A stretch of DNA of 64,000 nt from an uncultured virus (IMG/VR IMGVR_UViG_3300009151_000055) (lineage: Duplodnaviria; Heunggongvirae; Uroviricota; Caudoviricetes): IMG/VR virus record IMGVR_UViG_3300009151_000055, positions 1 to 64,000 of that record; one strand, given 5' to 3'. Below the pieces are notes generated by a model. That model searched no databases, had not been told where the DNA came from, and saw nothing but the letters and a program-made list of their open reading frames with translations. A program made the position numbers and the translations under genes. The first letter of the stretch is position 1; every line of letters starts with the position of its first letter. This document shows, in pieces, positions 37,101 through 47,000 of this stretch.

Positions 37101-37708
37101 TCGTTTTGTCTATCTTGTCTGATTTGTTGCACCTCATCAATTAGCTTACCAGGAAGTGTGTCTTTTTGATCTTCCACTTCTTTCTTAACATTCTGCCATC
37201 CTTGTTGAAACTTAGAAAGAGGTTTTGGACCAGGTTGCATTGCTTTGTCTTGTTGATATGCACTTCTCTGTGCAGGAGCCATAGACATTCCTTGCATAGG
37301 ATCTCTGTTACTTCTCTGAAACTGTTGATTAATATCATAATCTCCTTGAGTGAAGTCAGGAATTTCTATTCCCTTTTGAGCACTTTGCATCTTACCAACA
37401 AATGCCCCTAATGAATTTAATGCATCAGGTTGTTGATAGTTCACCATTGTTGGCTCGAAAGAAGGCATGTTGGGATTTTGTTTTTGTTCTATAGAAGAAT
37501 AGCTTCCTATTTTTTGTCCTTCTTGTGCTTGTGGAGGATTGGAGAAATCTGTCAATTGTGTTAATTGCTTTTTCACCATGGCTGCTCCCATTTTAGCTTT
37601 CTTGAATTCTTTACCATGCACCTTCATGAATGCTTCTTCAGATGGAAATTTCTTGTAGAAAGATTTCTCATCTTTAACACCAGCAATTTTTAAAATATCT
37701 TGTTTCAT
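34163..37708 (-). CDS. cargo/ejection protein with Gly-zipper TM segment and M15-type peptidoglycan peptidase
   Basis: GSAFGPLGKIAGSAIGGAIGGVIGG; PVEVERGE; SGDR...SVHNFGGAKD...DPYH (M15 zinc ligands); Gln/Ala helical C-terminus. Confidence 0.75.
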   Translation of the reverse strand: MKQDILKIAGVKDEKSFYKKFPSEEAFMKVHGKEFKKAKMGAAMVKKQLTQLTDFSNPPQAQEGQKIGSYSSIEQKQNPNMPSFEPTMVNYQQPDALNSLGAFVGKMQSAQKGIEIPDFTQGDYDINQQFQRSNRDPMQGMSMAPAQRSAYQQDKAMQPGPKPLSKFQQGWQNVKKEVEDQKDTLPGKLIDEVQQIRQDRQNELASKQGLKVSDVALKAAESPVEKVKRKYVRPEDMSFAPNQMGNPYGTGYNTLARDGAEIQNTYDPNDIYTDGGYEPLADSENMKQFQLGGFMSAIQKFGKKAGSSIVGGLKEMGADKAGNVGQFAGSWLGGGKGQTSGAGQLGSTAGGVIGSAFGPLGKIAGSAIGGAIGGVIGGAQAKRTAGNITGMQNNMFKGAMAQNIGNQMRNQYSAFAEDGMSLPMYEEGGWMNPEYNPQVITKFGDYDVNDLLSPDPMMDTLRAGGNISSSPYIQPSERAMQTYAMGGELQTHWGGHAEPISYNPYLPDGGETVMFRGQSHDETNSEGKSGIGVTYGDNPVEVERGEPAVKLRDGGDEENLVVFGNMKIPKYGVQELQDRNAEGKKFKHYANHLSKIENKQNKTIEKSLKMLDNLDENNPFDQLKLASAQANINGSNMVLKDIAQKKQLAAGIQNAILDTAKEHGLESDALSRGIIKQDRESEYARNGVSIAEDGISLSKKFDNVKEKALKKAQALYPGKKVEVRETSGDRDINTQAGFVKTGASTSDVSVHNFGGAKDFAIFVDGELIKDPNIYKKTTHAAAKEEGLHGLDWKKDPYHISVVKEGGKNTFATLLKQYPDLLQTAEGKRSLAYLESKAKSDTLSPKERTVYGQLTGKDVSKLKATPIDYTKATPLYPDSPYEFDISKPKRPIVPINDSPPDKPIREMPPIKIPPPPTLTTPLPPPGTTPPKGPEWWESLIPYIRPTNQERLDPTQLYPEMASMAMNTLEPVQAQLYYPQLETPYSVSLQDQLNANQADFNSMQRQAGYNPAAAASLAAQKYAANSQVLGQQERLNTAAKMEAYNRNRATLNDAQIKNLGILDTQYQRQAQAKSNTKEQALTALDSIASKIAQNKLENRKLGVLENMYNYRYDKNGRAINYNAPENFQTENLVASSGKSYIPVLDNDGKIVEYRMGEETPAAKKTTKGKTARNGSIVKAFKHF

Positions 37709-37729
37709 ATTAATTTTATTCTATAATTA

Positions 37730-40700
37730 TTAATTGTATTTTTCTAACCAACCACCGTTCTTTTTAACAGGGTATTCTACCACTTTCTTTCCTTTGAATT
37801 TGTAGTGTTCTCCTGGATGCATATATTGTACATCACCCTCATCAGAGATTCCTATTAATGGTTGATGAACACCTTGCATTGTTATATTGTTGCTTCCTAT
37901 TTCTACAGGCTTTCCCCAATTCTTAGGATTCCAATATCCGTTGTCATCTTTGGTTATTTTTCCACCTTGTTTTTTTTGTTGCAATGCTGCTGCTCCTCCT
38001 ATTGCTCCTGTAATAGTATATGGATTTAATATAGATGTTCTAAATCTATAAGGTTTATAAACTTCATCTATAGGATAAGTTTCTTCAACTTTTCTTATCA
38101 ATCCTTTAGGAAGAATAATTTCTTTTTCTCCACTATATTGAGGATACGAACTTGCTTCTGGAATAGCTATAGATTGTATATTACCTCCTGGAACATCAAT
38201 TAATTCAGATGAAATATTTTCTCCAAAACTACTATAGTCTTTTGGTATAGAGGTTGATAAAAAAGAATCGTCTTTAAAAATATCTCCTGTTGATAAATTT
38301 GATCTTGATTTTTTTATTCCTAAAGGTAAATGTGTTTCTGGGTGTAATAACTCTACATCATAATTGCGTACACCTCTCATAACTTGAAACGGTTTATCAG
38401 CTTTATTTTTTAAAATTGATTCCAATAACTTATTGCCTTGATCTTTATAAAAATTTCCTGTAGTTCCTAAAGAAGTTCTATTTTCTCTAAGTGCTCCATT
38501 TATTGAATTATCATAACCATGTGTATAAGCATCAATGATATTCCAATCTTCACTTGATAATTTTGATACATCATATCCTGAATTGTTTATAAGATTTAAA
38601 ATGTCTTCACCTTTTGTGGATGGGAATTCATTTAATTTATCATAGGGTTGAAATTCTATTTGTTGTCCTTTAGCATTTCTTATAATAGGATTATTAAATT
38701 GAGGAATTTTATCATGTATTAAATTTCTAATAAATAATCCATGCTCTTTTCCTCCACTGCCTGTAACTGTTGAATTTTTAAAATGATTTATGGATTGTTT
38801 GTGTAACTCTTTAAGTTCTTCTGGAGATATATAATTTGATAGTCCTTTATAAATTTCTTCTCTCCATTTACCATATTGATCATCCGTTAATGGTTCACTG
38901 TAATTAATGGGTTTTTTATTTGGAGTAACAATTTGGCTTTTATTTTTTATTATATCTTGAACTTCATCAAAATTTATTGAATTATACGTTTCTTCAGGTA
39001 GATTTAAATCAAATATTAATTTTTCTTCTTCATCTAAGTGATGAGTATAATCTTTTATAAGTTTGTCTGTTATATCAGACTGTTGTAAACCTCCAGAAGG
39101 TGAATTAACATCATAATAAAATTCTTTAGGTAATGAAGGTAATTCATTTGATAAATTTTTTGCTGCTTTGTTTTCTAAATATTCTTTACCTGCGTTCTTT
39201 AAACCTTTTGCTAATGCTTTTACACCCTTACCAACTAATGGAGCAGCAGCACTTGCTATCATTTCTGCATCTATCATTGGTTCAACAATGTTTTCGTATG
39301 CTCTGTTGAGCATTCTGTCTTGTTGAGGATTGAATCTATCTTCTATAGAGCCAGTTGTTGGGTTATATCTTTTGCCACTTTGTTGGGCGTATTGTTCATT
39401 TAGCTGCCTTCTTCTTTCATCATTAATTGGAGATGAAGCTTTTTGTAATGATGGTTGTTGAGCTCTTAGTTTTGCATCTAATGCTTTTGCCTCATCAGCT
39501 TTTCTTTCAGCAAGAGTTCTCATGTCTCTTGGTTGTTTTTTCACTGCTGTACCATCTTGACTAATAGTTTTAGCATCCCAATCAAGTCCATTCTGATAGA
39601 AGGACATTTCTTTTCCATTCTGTGCAGAAGCTTTTGTCTTCTTAGCGTAAGGACCATTTGAGGGAATGTTTTTTGTACGTGCGTATGTGAATCCTACAGA
39701 ACCAGGGAGAGAGCCTCCTAATTGAAACTGTCCTCCCCATGCAGGGCTGTAGTTTCTACCTGTTATGTCATATCCTGTTCCTACGTAATCTGGACCTGTA
39801 GTTGTAGAAGCATCATTATAATTAGGTTGTATAGGACCACCATCATTAAACTTAGTTAAAGCATCATAATAGTTTTTAATCTTATTTACATATTGACTTT
39901 TTCCTTCAGCATCACCTGTCTTTAGTGAGTTTGGAGATTGCCACATGTAAGCAATTTTCTCAACATCTGTTAATTCAGGATTGTTACCTTTAGTTTTTAA
40001 TTTTAATGATAATTCACCATCTTTATTAACAAATGAATATCTATCTGACTTAGTTAATTGTTTAAGATAGTTATTAACTTTTGTTGTATCTCCATCTTCA
40101 TATCCTGGAATTTGAGAATAAGGAATACGTTTATTTAACTCATCAATAAATAAACCATCTTTATTTAGTTTACTATTGGTAGATCTAAAGTTTTCAATAA
40201 ATCCTGGTTGATTGATTGTTTTAACTCCTGGTTTTAATCCTTTATCATATAAACGTTTTGCATCTTTATCTGCTACACTAAGATACATCATTGTAGCAAT
40301 TGCTGAATTATATGGATCTTGTATATTACGTAAATTTCCATTGCCCTTATATTTTTTACTAAGTGCAGTTTTTAATCTTTTATCTTTTGTAACATTGTTA
40401 AAATTTAATTGAGTCATGCCTTGAGTGCTACCAAAATTATCAGCAAAACCCAATGCTCCTCCACCTTCAGATTCAGCCATTGCTATAGCTAGTGCTGAAT
40501 TTGCAAGTCTATTATAATCAGAATCACTTAAACCTAAATTACTAACAAGTTCACCTTTATTATCACTTAATGCTTGTGCAAACTTTGATAATTTTTCTTT
40601 ATCAGCCTTTGGGGAACGGGATTTACCATCTTCATTTATTTGTGCCCAAGATTGTTTAGTTGCAGCTAATAGTTTATCTATGTTAGCTGAAAAAGGAGTT

Positions 40701-41533
40701 AATTCAGTTTTTAATATTCCTTTTTTATTAAGATTTTCTTTTGTATTAGTAGCTACACTTTTAGGAACACTTATGTTTTCTAACTCATACCCTAGTTTAT
40801 CTTTTAACTCTTTGCTTATTTCATCAAGAGTTCCGTATTTACGTGTATAAGAATCATAAAATATAGGTTTGCCACTATCATCATATCCAACTGCTTCTGT
40901 ACTATGATGAGAAGGTTGAAGACCGTACTGGGTATTCATACCTTGACTACGTTGTTTGTTACTGGTTTCTCTTGTACCAGCAGGTCCCCATCCAGCAATT
41001 GCTCCTGTTGGAATATCTGTTGGTATTGCCTGTTTTGCTGCACCACTATATATATTCTTACCTCCTGATTTTACAATTGCACCATGTATATCCCAACTAT
41101 CTGCAGATCCAGATCTTACATCTCCTTTCAAATAAGGATTATCTTTTACTAGTTTTTCACTAGGAGTACCTGGTGTACTTATTAAATTTAAATCTTTTGT
41201 CCAAATATCATTACTACCAGGAATACCTTTTATTCTTCCAGCAGTCATGTCGTATGCCTTGCGTGAACTTTCTAAACAGTTACCTGTGGGACAATATCCA
41301 TTATTAACATCATTTAAAAACTGTAACTCCGCAGGAGTGTAGGTTAAATCTGTAAGATTAATTAATGGTTTTGGTTTCTTTTCAATTTCATCGCCTTCTG
41401 CAGCATACCTATCAAGCCACCCACCATTCTTCATAATGTTCTTTCCACATATATGACATATTGTTGCATCCTTTTTACTGGAACTTGATTTGTCCCATGA
41501 ATGTCCACATGTGCATGTAATTTTATTAGCCAT
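37730..41533 (-). CDS. multidomain cargo protein: CHAP/NlpC-like, lysozyme-like and VIP2-type ADP-ribosyltransferase
   Basis: C...H pair (GNCLES...SHHSTEAVG); AIAMAES...GMTQ...DPYNSAIATMMYL; YT...INGALR...VMRG...FLSTS...EKEIILPKG (R-STS-ExE). Confidence 0.75.
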   Translation of the reverse strand: MANKITCTCGHSWDKSSSSKKDATICHICGKNIMKNGGWLDRYAAEGDEIEKKPKPLINLTDLTYTPAELQFLNDVNNGYCPTGNCLESSRKAYDMTAGRIKGIPGSNDIWTKDLNLISTPGTPSEKLVKDNPYLKGDVRSGSADSWDIHGAIVKSGGKNIYSGAAKQAIPTDIPTGAIAGWGPAGTRETSNKQRSQGMNTQYGLQPSHHSTEAVGYDDSGKPIFYDSYTRKYGTLDEISKELKDKLGYELENISVPKSVATNTKENLNKKGILKTELTPFSANIDKLLAATKQSWAQINEDGKSRSPKADKEKLSKFAQALSDNKGELVSNLGLSDSDYNRLANSALAIAMAESEGGGALGFADNFGSTQGMTQLNFNNVTKDKRLKTALSKKYKGNGNLRNIQDPYNSAIATMMYLSVADKDAKRLYDKGLKPGVKTINQPGFIENFRSTNSKLNKDGLFIDELNKRIPYSQIPGYEDGDTTKVNNYLKQLTKSDRYSFVNKDGELSLKLKTKGNNPELTDVEKIAYMWQSPNSLKTGDAEGKSQYVNKIKNYYDALTKFNDGGPIQPNYNDASTTTGPDYVGTGYDITGRNYSPAWGGQFQLGGSLPGSVGFTYARTKNIPSNGPYAKKTKASAQNGKEMSFYQNGLDWDAKTISQDGTAVKKQPRDMRTLAERKADEAKALDAKLRAQQPSLQKASSPINDERRRQLNEQYAQQSGKRYNPTTGSIEDRFNPQQDRMLNRAYENIVEPMIDAEMIASAAAPLVGKGVKALAKGLKNAGKEYLENKAAKNLSNELPSLPKEFYYDVNSPSGGLQQSDITDKLIKDYTHHLDEEEKLIFDLNLPEETYNSINFDEVQDIIKNKSQIVTPNKKPINYSEPLTDDQYGKWREEIYKGLSNYISPEELKELHKQSINHFKNSTVTGSGGKEHGLFIRNLIHDKIPQFNNPIIRNAKGQQIEFQPYDKLNEFPSTKGEDILNLINNSGYDVSKLSSEDWNIIDAYTHGYDNSINGALRENRTSLGTTGNFYKDQGNKLLESILKNKADKPFQVMRGVRNYDVELLHPETHLPLGIKKSRSNLSTGDIFKDDSFLSTSIPKDYSSFGENISSELIDVPGGNIQSIAIPEASSYPQYSGEKEIILPKGLIRKVEETYPIDEVYKPYRFRTSILNPYTITGAIGGAAALQQKKQGGKITKDDNGYWNPKNWGKPVEIGSNNITMQGVHQPLIGISDEGDVQYMHPGEHYKFKGKKVVEYPVKKNGGWLEKYN

Positions 41534-42399
41534 TATTTGTAAGAGATTTGTGATGGAGAAATGAGGAATTGGGAGACTAATTTCAAATCAGATTTGTCGT
41601 CAAGGACATGACGTACTTTCAAATCCTTGGCTCTTAGAGGAGACTTCTTAAAGCTTCTCTTAGAATAGTCCATGTTTGGTTGATTAACTATCTTATCTAT
41701 AGAAACACTCTCGCAAGTTTTTATGAATGCAGGTTTTGTTATGTCTTTTAGAAGACTCCAGAATGTATTGTATTGATAGAAGTTATCACTCTTAGTGTAT
41801 GTGATGGTTTTACTGTCTGTGAAATACACTGGGTATTTTAAATAATCACTAAGATTATTTTTTGGTTTTGCTACAAGATTTAGAATCCCTGAGCTCTGTT
41901 GACCATTATAAAGAATTGCTTTATTGAAATATTCATTTATTTCCACCTTTCCGTCATCAAAGAATACACCATCATCATTAGGAAAATACCTGTATGACTT
42001 TGTGTAGTCTTTTATGTTTTGTAAAATCTCATCTTGAAACTTATATGAGAAAGGATATTCTATTATGTATGGATTGATACATCCGTAATATGTATTGTAT
42101 ATTACAGGGTTTTGTAAATGTATCCAGAGAGAAGCTGTATTGAGAGGAGTGAATTTAATGGCAGCCAATTGTTGTATAGTTGCAGTTCCAATGGGAATCT
42201 CTATGTGTTTGTTACAACATGCTCCTACAGTCTGTAGAAGAATGGTGGTGATATTGTCTTCTACAGAATATGAGATTCCATCAATGAGGGATTGTTTGGG
42301 AACATTTGTCCCAAGAACATTTCCTCTATCATCAGAAATATTAAACAGAGAAACTTTATTTCCTGCTCTCTTCAACTTTACAACAATTGTCTTTGCCAT
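41533..42399 (-). CDS. separate C-terminal part of the tail stabilisation (muzzle) protein with an added N-terminal module
   Basis: LWIH...YNTYYG...PYIIEYP...FNKAILYN.QQSSG.L.L...LRAK resembles the crAss-like muzzle C-terminus, which is missing from 44040..49214. Confidence 0.6.
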   Translation of the reverse strand: MAKTIVVKLKRAGNKVSLFNISDDRGNVLGTNVPKQSLIDGISYSVEDNITTILLQTVGACCNKHIEIPIGTATIQQLAAIKFTPLNTASLWIHLQNPVIYNTYYGCINPYIIEYPFSYKFQDEILQNIKDYTKSYRYFPNDDGVFFDDGKVEINEYFNKAILYNGQQSSGILNLVAKPKNNLSDYLKYPVYFTDSKTITYTKSDNFYQYNTFWSLLKDITKPAFIKTCESVSIDKIVNQPNMDYSKRSFKKSPLRAKDLKVRHVLDDKSDLKLVSQFLISPSQISYK

Positions 42400-42412
42400 T
42401 AATAATTATTTA

Positions 42413-42676
42413 TTATCGTTCAGAAAGACCGCCAAAAGTGGCTAACACTAGTATAACTAGCATAAAAATAAAAACCTGAGACAAAAGCGTGTAGTCTGCG
42501 TCATCACTTTTCTTAAAGAGATGAACAAGCTTTAATTCACTCATTGCAAATGCTACAATAAATGCTTCAGGAATAGCTAACAAATAACACAATCCATAAC
42601 TTAAATTGGTAAATTCACAAATGTAAATTTGTCCAATGATTGCTCCTAAAAATAAAAGTCCTTTGATAAAATTCAT
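42413..42676 (-). CDS. small membrane protein (about 3 TM)
   Basis: Three hydrophobic segments in 87 aa. Confidence 0.6.
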   Translation of the reverse strand: MNFIKGLLFLGAIIGQIYICEFTNLSYGLCYLLAIPEAFIVAFAMSELKLVHLFKKSDDADYTLLSQVFIFMLVILVLATFGGLSER

Positions 42677-42710
42677 ATTGTTTGTTTTTTAATTGTAAAT
42701 AAAAGTGAAA

Positions 42711-42983
42711 TCATAAGTTTGTTTCTAATGTTTTTAACCAGTTTATTTTGTCCATTTCAACTAAAATTTCCTCCCAAGTGTAAACTTTATTATCAATTAA
42801 ATAAGGTGCGATTGAATTTGGAATGGTGTTATTTTCATTTTTAAACCAATTCACAACAAAATAATTTCCATCATTTGATATTCTTAAATTTTCACTATCA
42901 TTTTGAATCAATTCATTATAATCAATTGAATTTTTATAATCAATTGATAAAATTCCATAATTTACAATGTTATTAATATCCAT
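42711..42983 (-). CDS. hypothetical protein, LamG-fibre associated
   Basis: IDY..L.Q.....LR.S.DG.YFVV.W...YTWEEIL motif; overlaps the LamG gene end. Confidence 0.6.
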   Translation of the reverse strand: MDINNIVNYGILSIDYKNSIDYNELIQNDSENLRISNDGNYFVVNWFKNENNTIPNSIAPYLIDNKVYTWEEILVEMDKINWLKTLETNL

Positions 42984-44025
42984 ACTTTGCTTTATTAAAG
43001 TTAAAATTTTGTGTAATTTCAGAAGATGTAAGTAATCTGTTATACATAATTATTTGTCCAAATTTACAGCCTGCTGTTCCATCTTGATTAATTCTTAGGA
43101 AATTAGGTTGAGTGTTATTAAATGCTCCTTGAGTTGCTGTAACTGGTGTTCCTTCATTAATTTGTACTTGCAAAGGATTTGATGTTCCATTATCTCTAAT
43201 CAAAGTTATAAAATACCAATTATTTAAGGATAAAGAACGTGTAATTCTTGTTTTGCTGTTATCTGAAGAGCCTAAAAATTCATATTGATATGGAGTTTGA
43301 TAATACGAAAAAAATGCCCAATCATAAGCAGAATATGAATATGCCGTTCCACCTGATGATATCCAAATTCCATAAAGTGAGGGCACTTTTGTAGGGTTAA
43401 ACCAAAATTGAACCGTGTTAACTGTTCCGTAAGTGTAATTAGATACAAGTCCCTTACTGCTAACTCCGTCAAAATTAACATACTTACCGCCTGTGCTTTC
43501 TGTTCCTCCAGTTGTAGATGATAGAGACATTGTAGAACTTCCTGGGGATACTAAATTTGTCCAAGTTGAACCGTTTAGTGTATAGCTTGAGGCATTATTT
43601 GCATCGAGATGATAAATTAAACCGCTTGTTACAATTTGTGCGGGAGCAACTGTAGTGGTTGTGGAAGTAGTTGATGTAGATGTACTCGTTGTTGTACTAG
43701 TGGTAGATGTTGTACTTGTAGTAGAAGTACTAGTTGTAGATGTGGTTGTTGATGTTGTGCTAGTTGTAGTGGTAGGTCTACTAGTAGTAGTAGATGTTGT
43801 TGTAGATGTAGTGGTGGTTACAATAATTGGATTAGGATCAGGAATATTAGAACAAGTAAATCCTGCATTAAGTATTGTGTATATTTGACCAGATTCTCTC
43901 ACTGCATTATATGCAACTACGCCATCAGAATAATATCCTAAAGCAGCTGGAGTGAGCAGAGCAGGATCGTCAAAGATTCTGCAACCTATTGCTAATGTCG
44001 AACAATTTGAATAAACATTTGCCAT
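42973..44025 (-). CDS. LamG/concanavalin A-like lectin protein with a Thr/Ser-rich stalk
   Basis: ~57-residue T/S tract, then IVTSGLIYHLDA...SY...W..L...FDG...YNRLLTSSEITQNFN. Confidence 0.8.
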   Translation of the reverse strand: MANVYSNCSTLAIGCRIFDDPALLTPAALGYYSDGVVAYNAVRESGQIYTILNAGFTCSNIPDPNPIIVTTTTSTTTSTTTSRPTTTTSTTSTTTSTTSTSTTSTTSTTSTTTSTSTSTTSTTTTVAPAQIVTSGLIYHLDANNASSYTLNGSTWTNLVSPGSSTMSLSSTTGGTESTGGKYVNFDGVSSKGLVSNYTYGTVNTVQFWFNPTKVPSLYGIWISSGGTAYSYSAYDWAFFSYYQTPYQYEFLGSSDNSKTRITRSLSLNNWYFITLIRDNGTSNPLQVQINEGTPVTATQGAFNNTQPNFLRINQDGTAGCKFGQIIMYNRLLTSSEITQNFNFNKAKYGY

Positions 44026-44039
44026 TTATATCTTTAGTT

Positions 44040-47000
44040 TTATAAACATGATGAACTGTAATTATTACAAGCAGCAAAATCGCTAGTTAATGAATAGCCT
44101 AAACAAAACGCATAAGATGGAGGAATTGTTGTAGTGGTGGTAGTGGTGGTTGGAGGTCGAGTTGTGGTGGTTGATGTTGTTGTGCTTGTTGTGCTTGTGG
44201 TAGATGTAGTAGTGCTAGTTGTACTTGTTGTAGATGTTGTTGTTGATGTAGTAGTGGTAGGTGCTTGAGTGGTTGTAGTGCTGGTAGTAGATGTTGTTGT
44301 GGTTGTTGTAGGTGGCTGCGTAGTAGTGGTAGTGGTTGTAGAACTTGTTGTACTAGTGGTGGTTGTAGGAGCTGCTGTGGTAGTAGTTGACGTTGTAGAT
44401 GTAGTGGTTGTAATAGGTTTAGTAGTTGTTGTTGATGTGGTGGTAGATGTAGTGGTGGTGGTAGGAATTGTTGTTGTTGATGTAGATGATGTAGATGTTG
44501 TTGTGGTGGTGCCATTTGAATACACAGCTTGTCCTGCTAGTCTACAATCAGGGAATGCTGAATAAACTGCTGTTCCTGCAAGTGTACAATTTGGATAGGT
44601 GCTGTAGACAGCTGTTCCTATTAATTGACAATTGTAAGGAGCTTGGTACACAGATGTTCCTATTAATGTACAATTTATTGGAATTTGTGTTGTTGTTGTA
44701 GAAGATGTGGTAGACGTTCTTGTTGTTGTTGTGGATGTTGTTGACGTAGTTGTTATTTGTTGTACAGCAATAACATCTAAATCACAACTTCCATTTATTC
44801 CTGAATAGTAAAAGTTATTTTCTGCTACATACCAATTTGGAATATAGGAATGAAAAGAAATCCAACTTTTGTTATTTACACTGTAAGAAACTGTCCATGA
44901 CTTATTGCAAAAATAAGTGTTATCTGATAGATAGACAATTATTTTTATTGTTGTATTGTTTACTATCTTATTGATGTAAAACTCATCTGTAGAAGCATCG
45001 TATTTTATGTTTGGGTTGAGGGGGAGGTAGTCCAGCTTTGTTAGAATCACTCTGTCAAACTTAGAATCGTACACACCGTGTAGTCCTATTGATTTAAAGT
45101 GATTGTCTACATCTACATCAGGAAAATATCTCAATATTTCAAACGCAAGATGGTCTGTAAAAAATCTATTCATTCCAGAACCTGGAGCAGAAATATCTGT
45201 TGCTTGATTACCTTGAATCAAAAACACTTGCCCTCTTTTAGCATCTACAGTGAGTTGCCCTTGAGGAATCTTTAATAACATCTTGTGCTGACTTCCTACA
45301 TATCCAAGATCTGTTTCTGCAAAATCAACAGGAGGTGATGATTGGAATAATGTATCATTACCCATGTACGCAGCTTGAGGATTTGATGTATTGATTGTTA
45401 GAAGTGTACCATAAAGTAAAGACTTATTTTCAAATCTTGCAAGAATGGCTCTATTTTGTATACCATCTAAAGATGTAAGCTTACCATAGTTTTGAGGGAA
45501 ATCAAACTTAGAAATTGGTCTATAGATGAGCCAGCTGTTTATTCTATTGTCAGAAAAGCTTTGTTGTCTATCAGAATAAATTGTTCTAAATGGAAAATGT
45601 GTGTAACACAATTGCTCTGTCCAATTTATTGGAAGATGAGAGAAATAGTTTTCTTTATTCTGTTTAGAGAATGTTGTATTATAGAAATATGTATTGTCTT
45701 GTTGGATGGATACAAAGGATTCTTGTAACCAGTTATCAGGAATTCCTGTAGAAACGTGAGGATAGAAGTCTCCTTCTCTGTCATTGAACGCTTGTCTAAG
45801 GTCAACATTAATAGAAGATTCGCAATAGAATGACGGAATACCATAAGCAAACAAATACATCTTTCCATCATAGAAAGTTCTGTCAATGTTTACTATTGGT
45901 GGATTGGCAGTGCTATCAGGAGCAGGAAGTTGATTGTTAGGACAATCAAAATAATGTGCTTTTGTAGAAATAATATTCTTCATGTTGGTGGCAAAATCGT
46001 CACCAAGTCCTTGATAGTCATTTAATATACTTCTTGAAGAATACCAATATTGAGGATAGGCAACGTTTCCTATTTCATCATAGAATATGTCACTGTCATC
46101 TGGAGCATTCACTCTATTGTCAATAAAGAATGGAAGCTTTGTTTTAAATGCAAATCTGTTAATGAATGTATCTCCTCCAAATATTGTTGCTGTAGAAGAT
46201 TGTCCATTTATAATGTTATCAATTTCAATATTTCTTTGAAATCCTGTATCAATTGTATCGTATGAATAAATCTGTCCCCATTGATTAATAAATTGATTTT
46301 TCAATGAGGCATAATAACACACTGTGTCTATTGAGAATTGTTCATTAGGTTTTGAGCAATTTCCTTGTTGAGAAATTGTACTTCTTGAATTATCTGTTAC
46401 AGCACTTATATTACCTGGAAGAAGAAGAGAGGGAGTTTTGTTTGGGAAAGGGAGAGGAACTTTTGTAGCTGCTGTTTTTAAATAAACAGAAGTTTCTCTT
46501 TGATAGTTGTTAATATTGTATGTGTCATTAACTGACTGTACACCTGGAAATATGTATTGAGCAATATCTAATTCTCTCTGTTTAACACCTACATTATTCT
46601 CTATAGAAGAAGCATAGTCATAACTTGCTATTGAGTTATACGAATAAGCAAAGTTTCTTCTCGTTATACCATTAATGTAAATAGTTAAATACGATTGATA
46701 AGCAGCAAACATTGCTGCAGGATTAAACGGAGAAGTGATGTTACCAAGATCTCTACTACTGTTAAGAGCATCTATTTGTGCTTCTCTAGAAAGGAGTTTG
46801 TAAAGAGCATGCTTCTTCACTTCTACAAAATGAGCAGAACCTTTTCCAAATATGACACTTTCAAGTTTTAATACATCTCCTAAGAAAGGTTGACCAAAAG
46901 ATGTGTCTGGAGAATTAAATACATGTCTGTATTTACTATCATCACTATCAAATGCTTTAAGAGCAGTGGGATAGCAATACATGTTTATGTTTATACTCAA

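Noticed and set aside
12291..41163. Numerous 60-143 aa plus-strand ORFs
   Set aside because: All are antisense to long, motif-bearing minus-strand genes and have no recognisable features
43655..44701. Poly-Val (+) and Gln/Leu/Pro-rich alternative-frame ORFs, also at 56221..56415
   Set aside because: Antisense or off-frame shadows of the ACN-rich Thr tracts
43650..44755. Possible CRISPR array or DNA-level tandem repeat
   Set aside because: Degenerate Thr/Ser codon runs with varied third positions; no constant repeat-spacer structure
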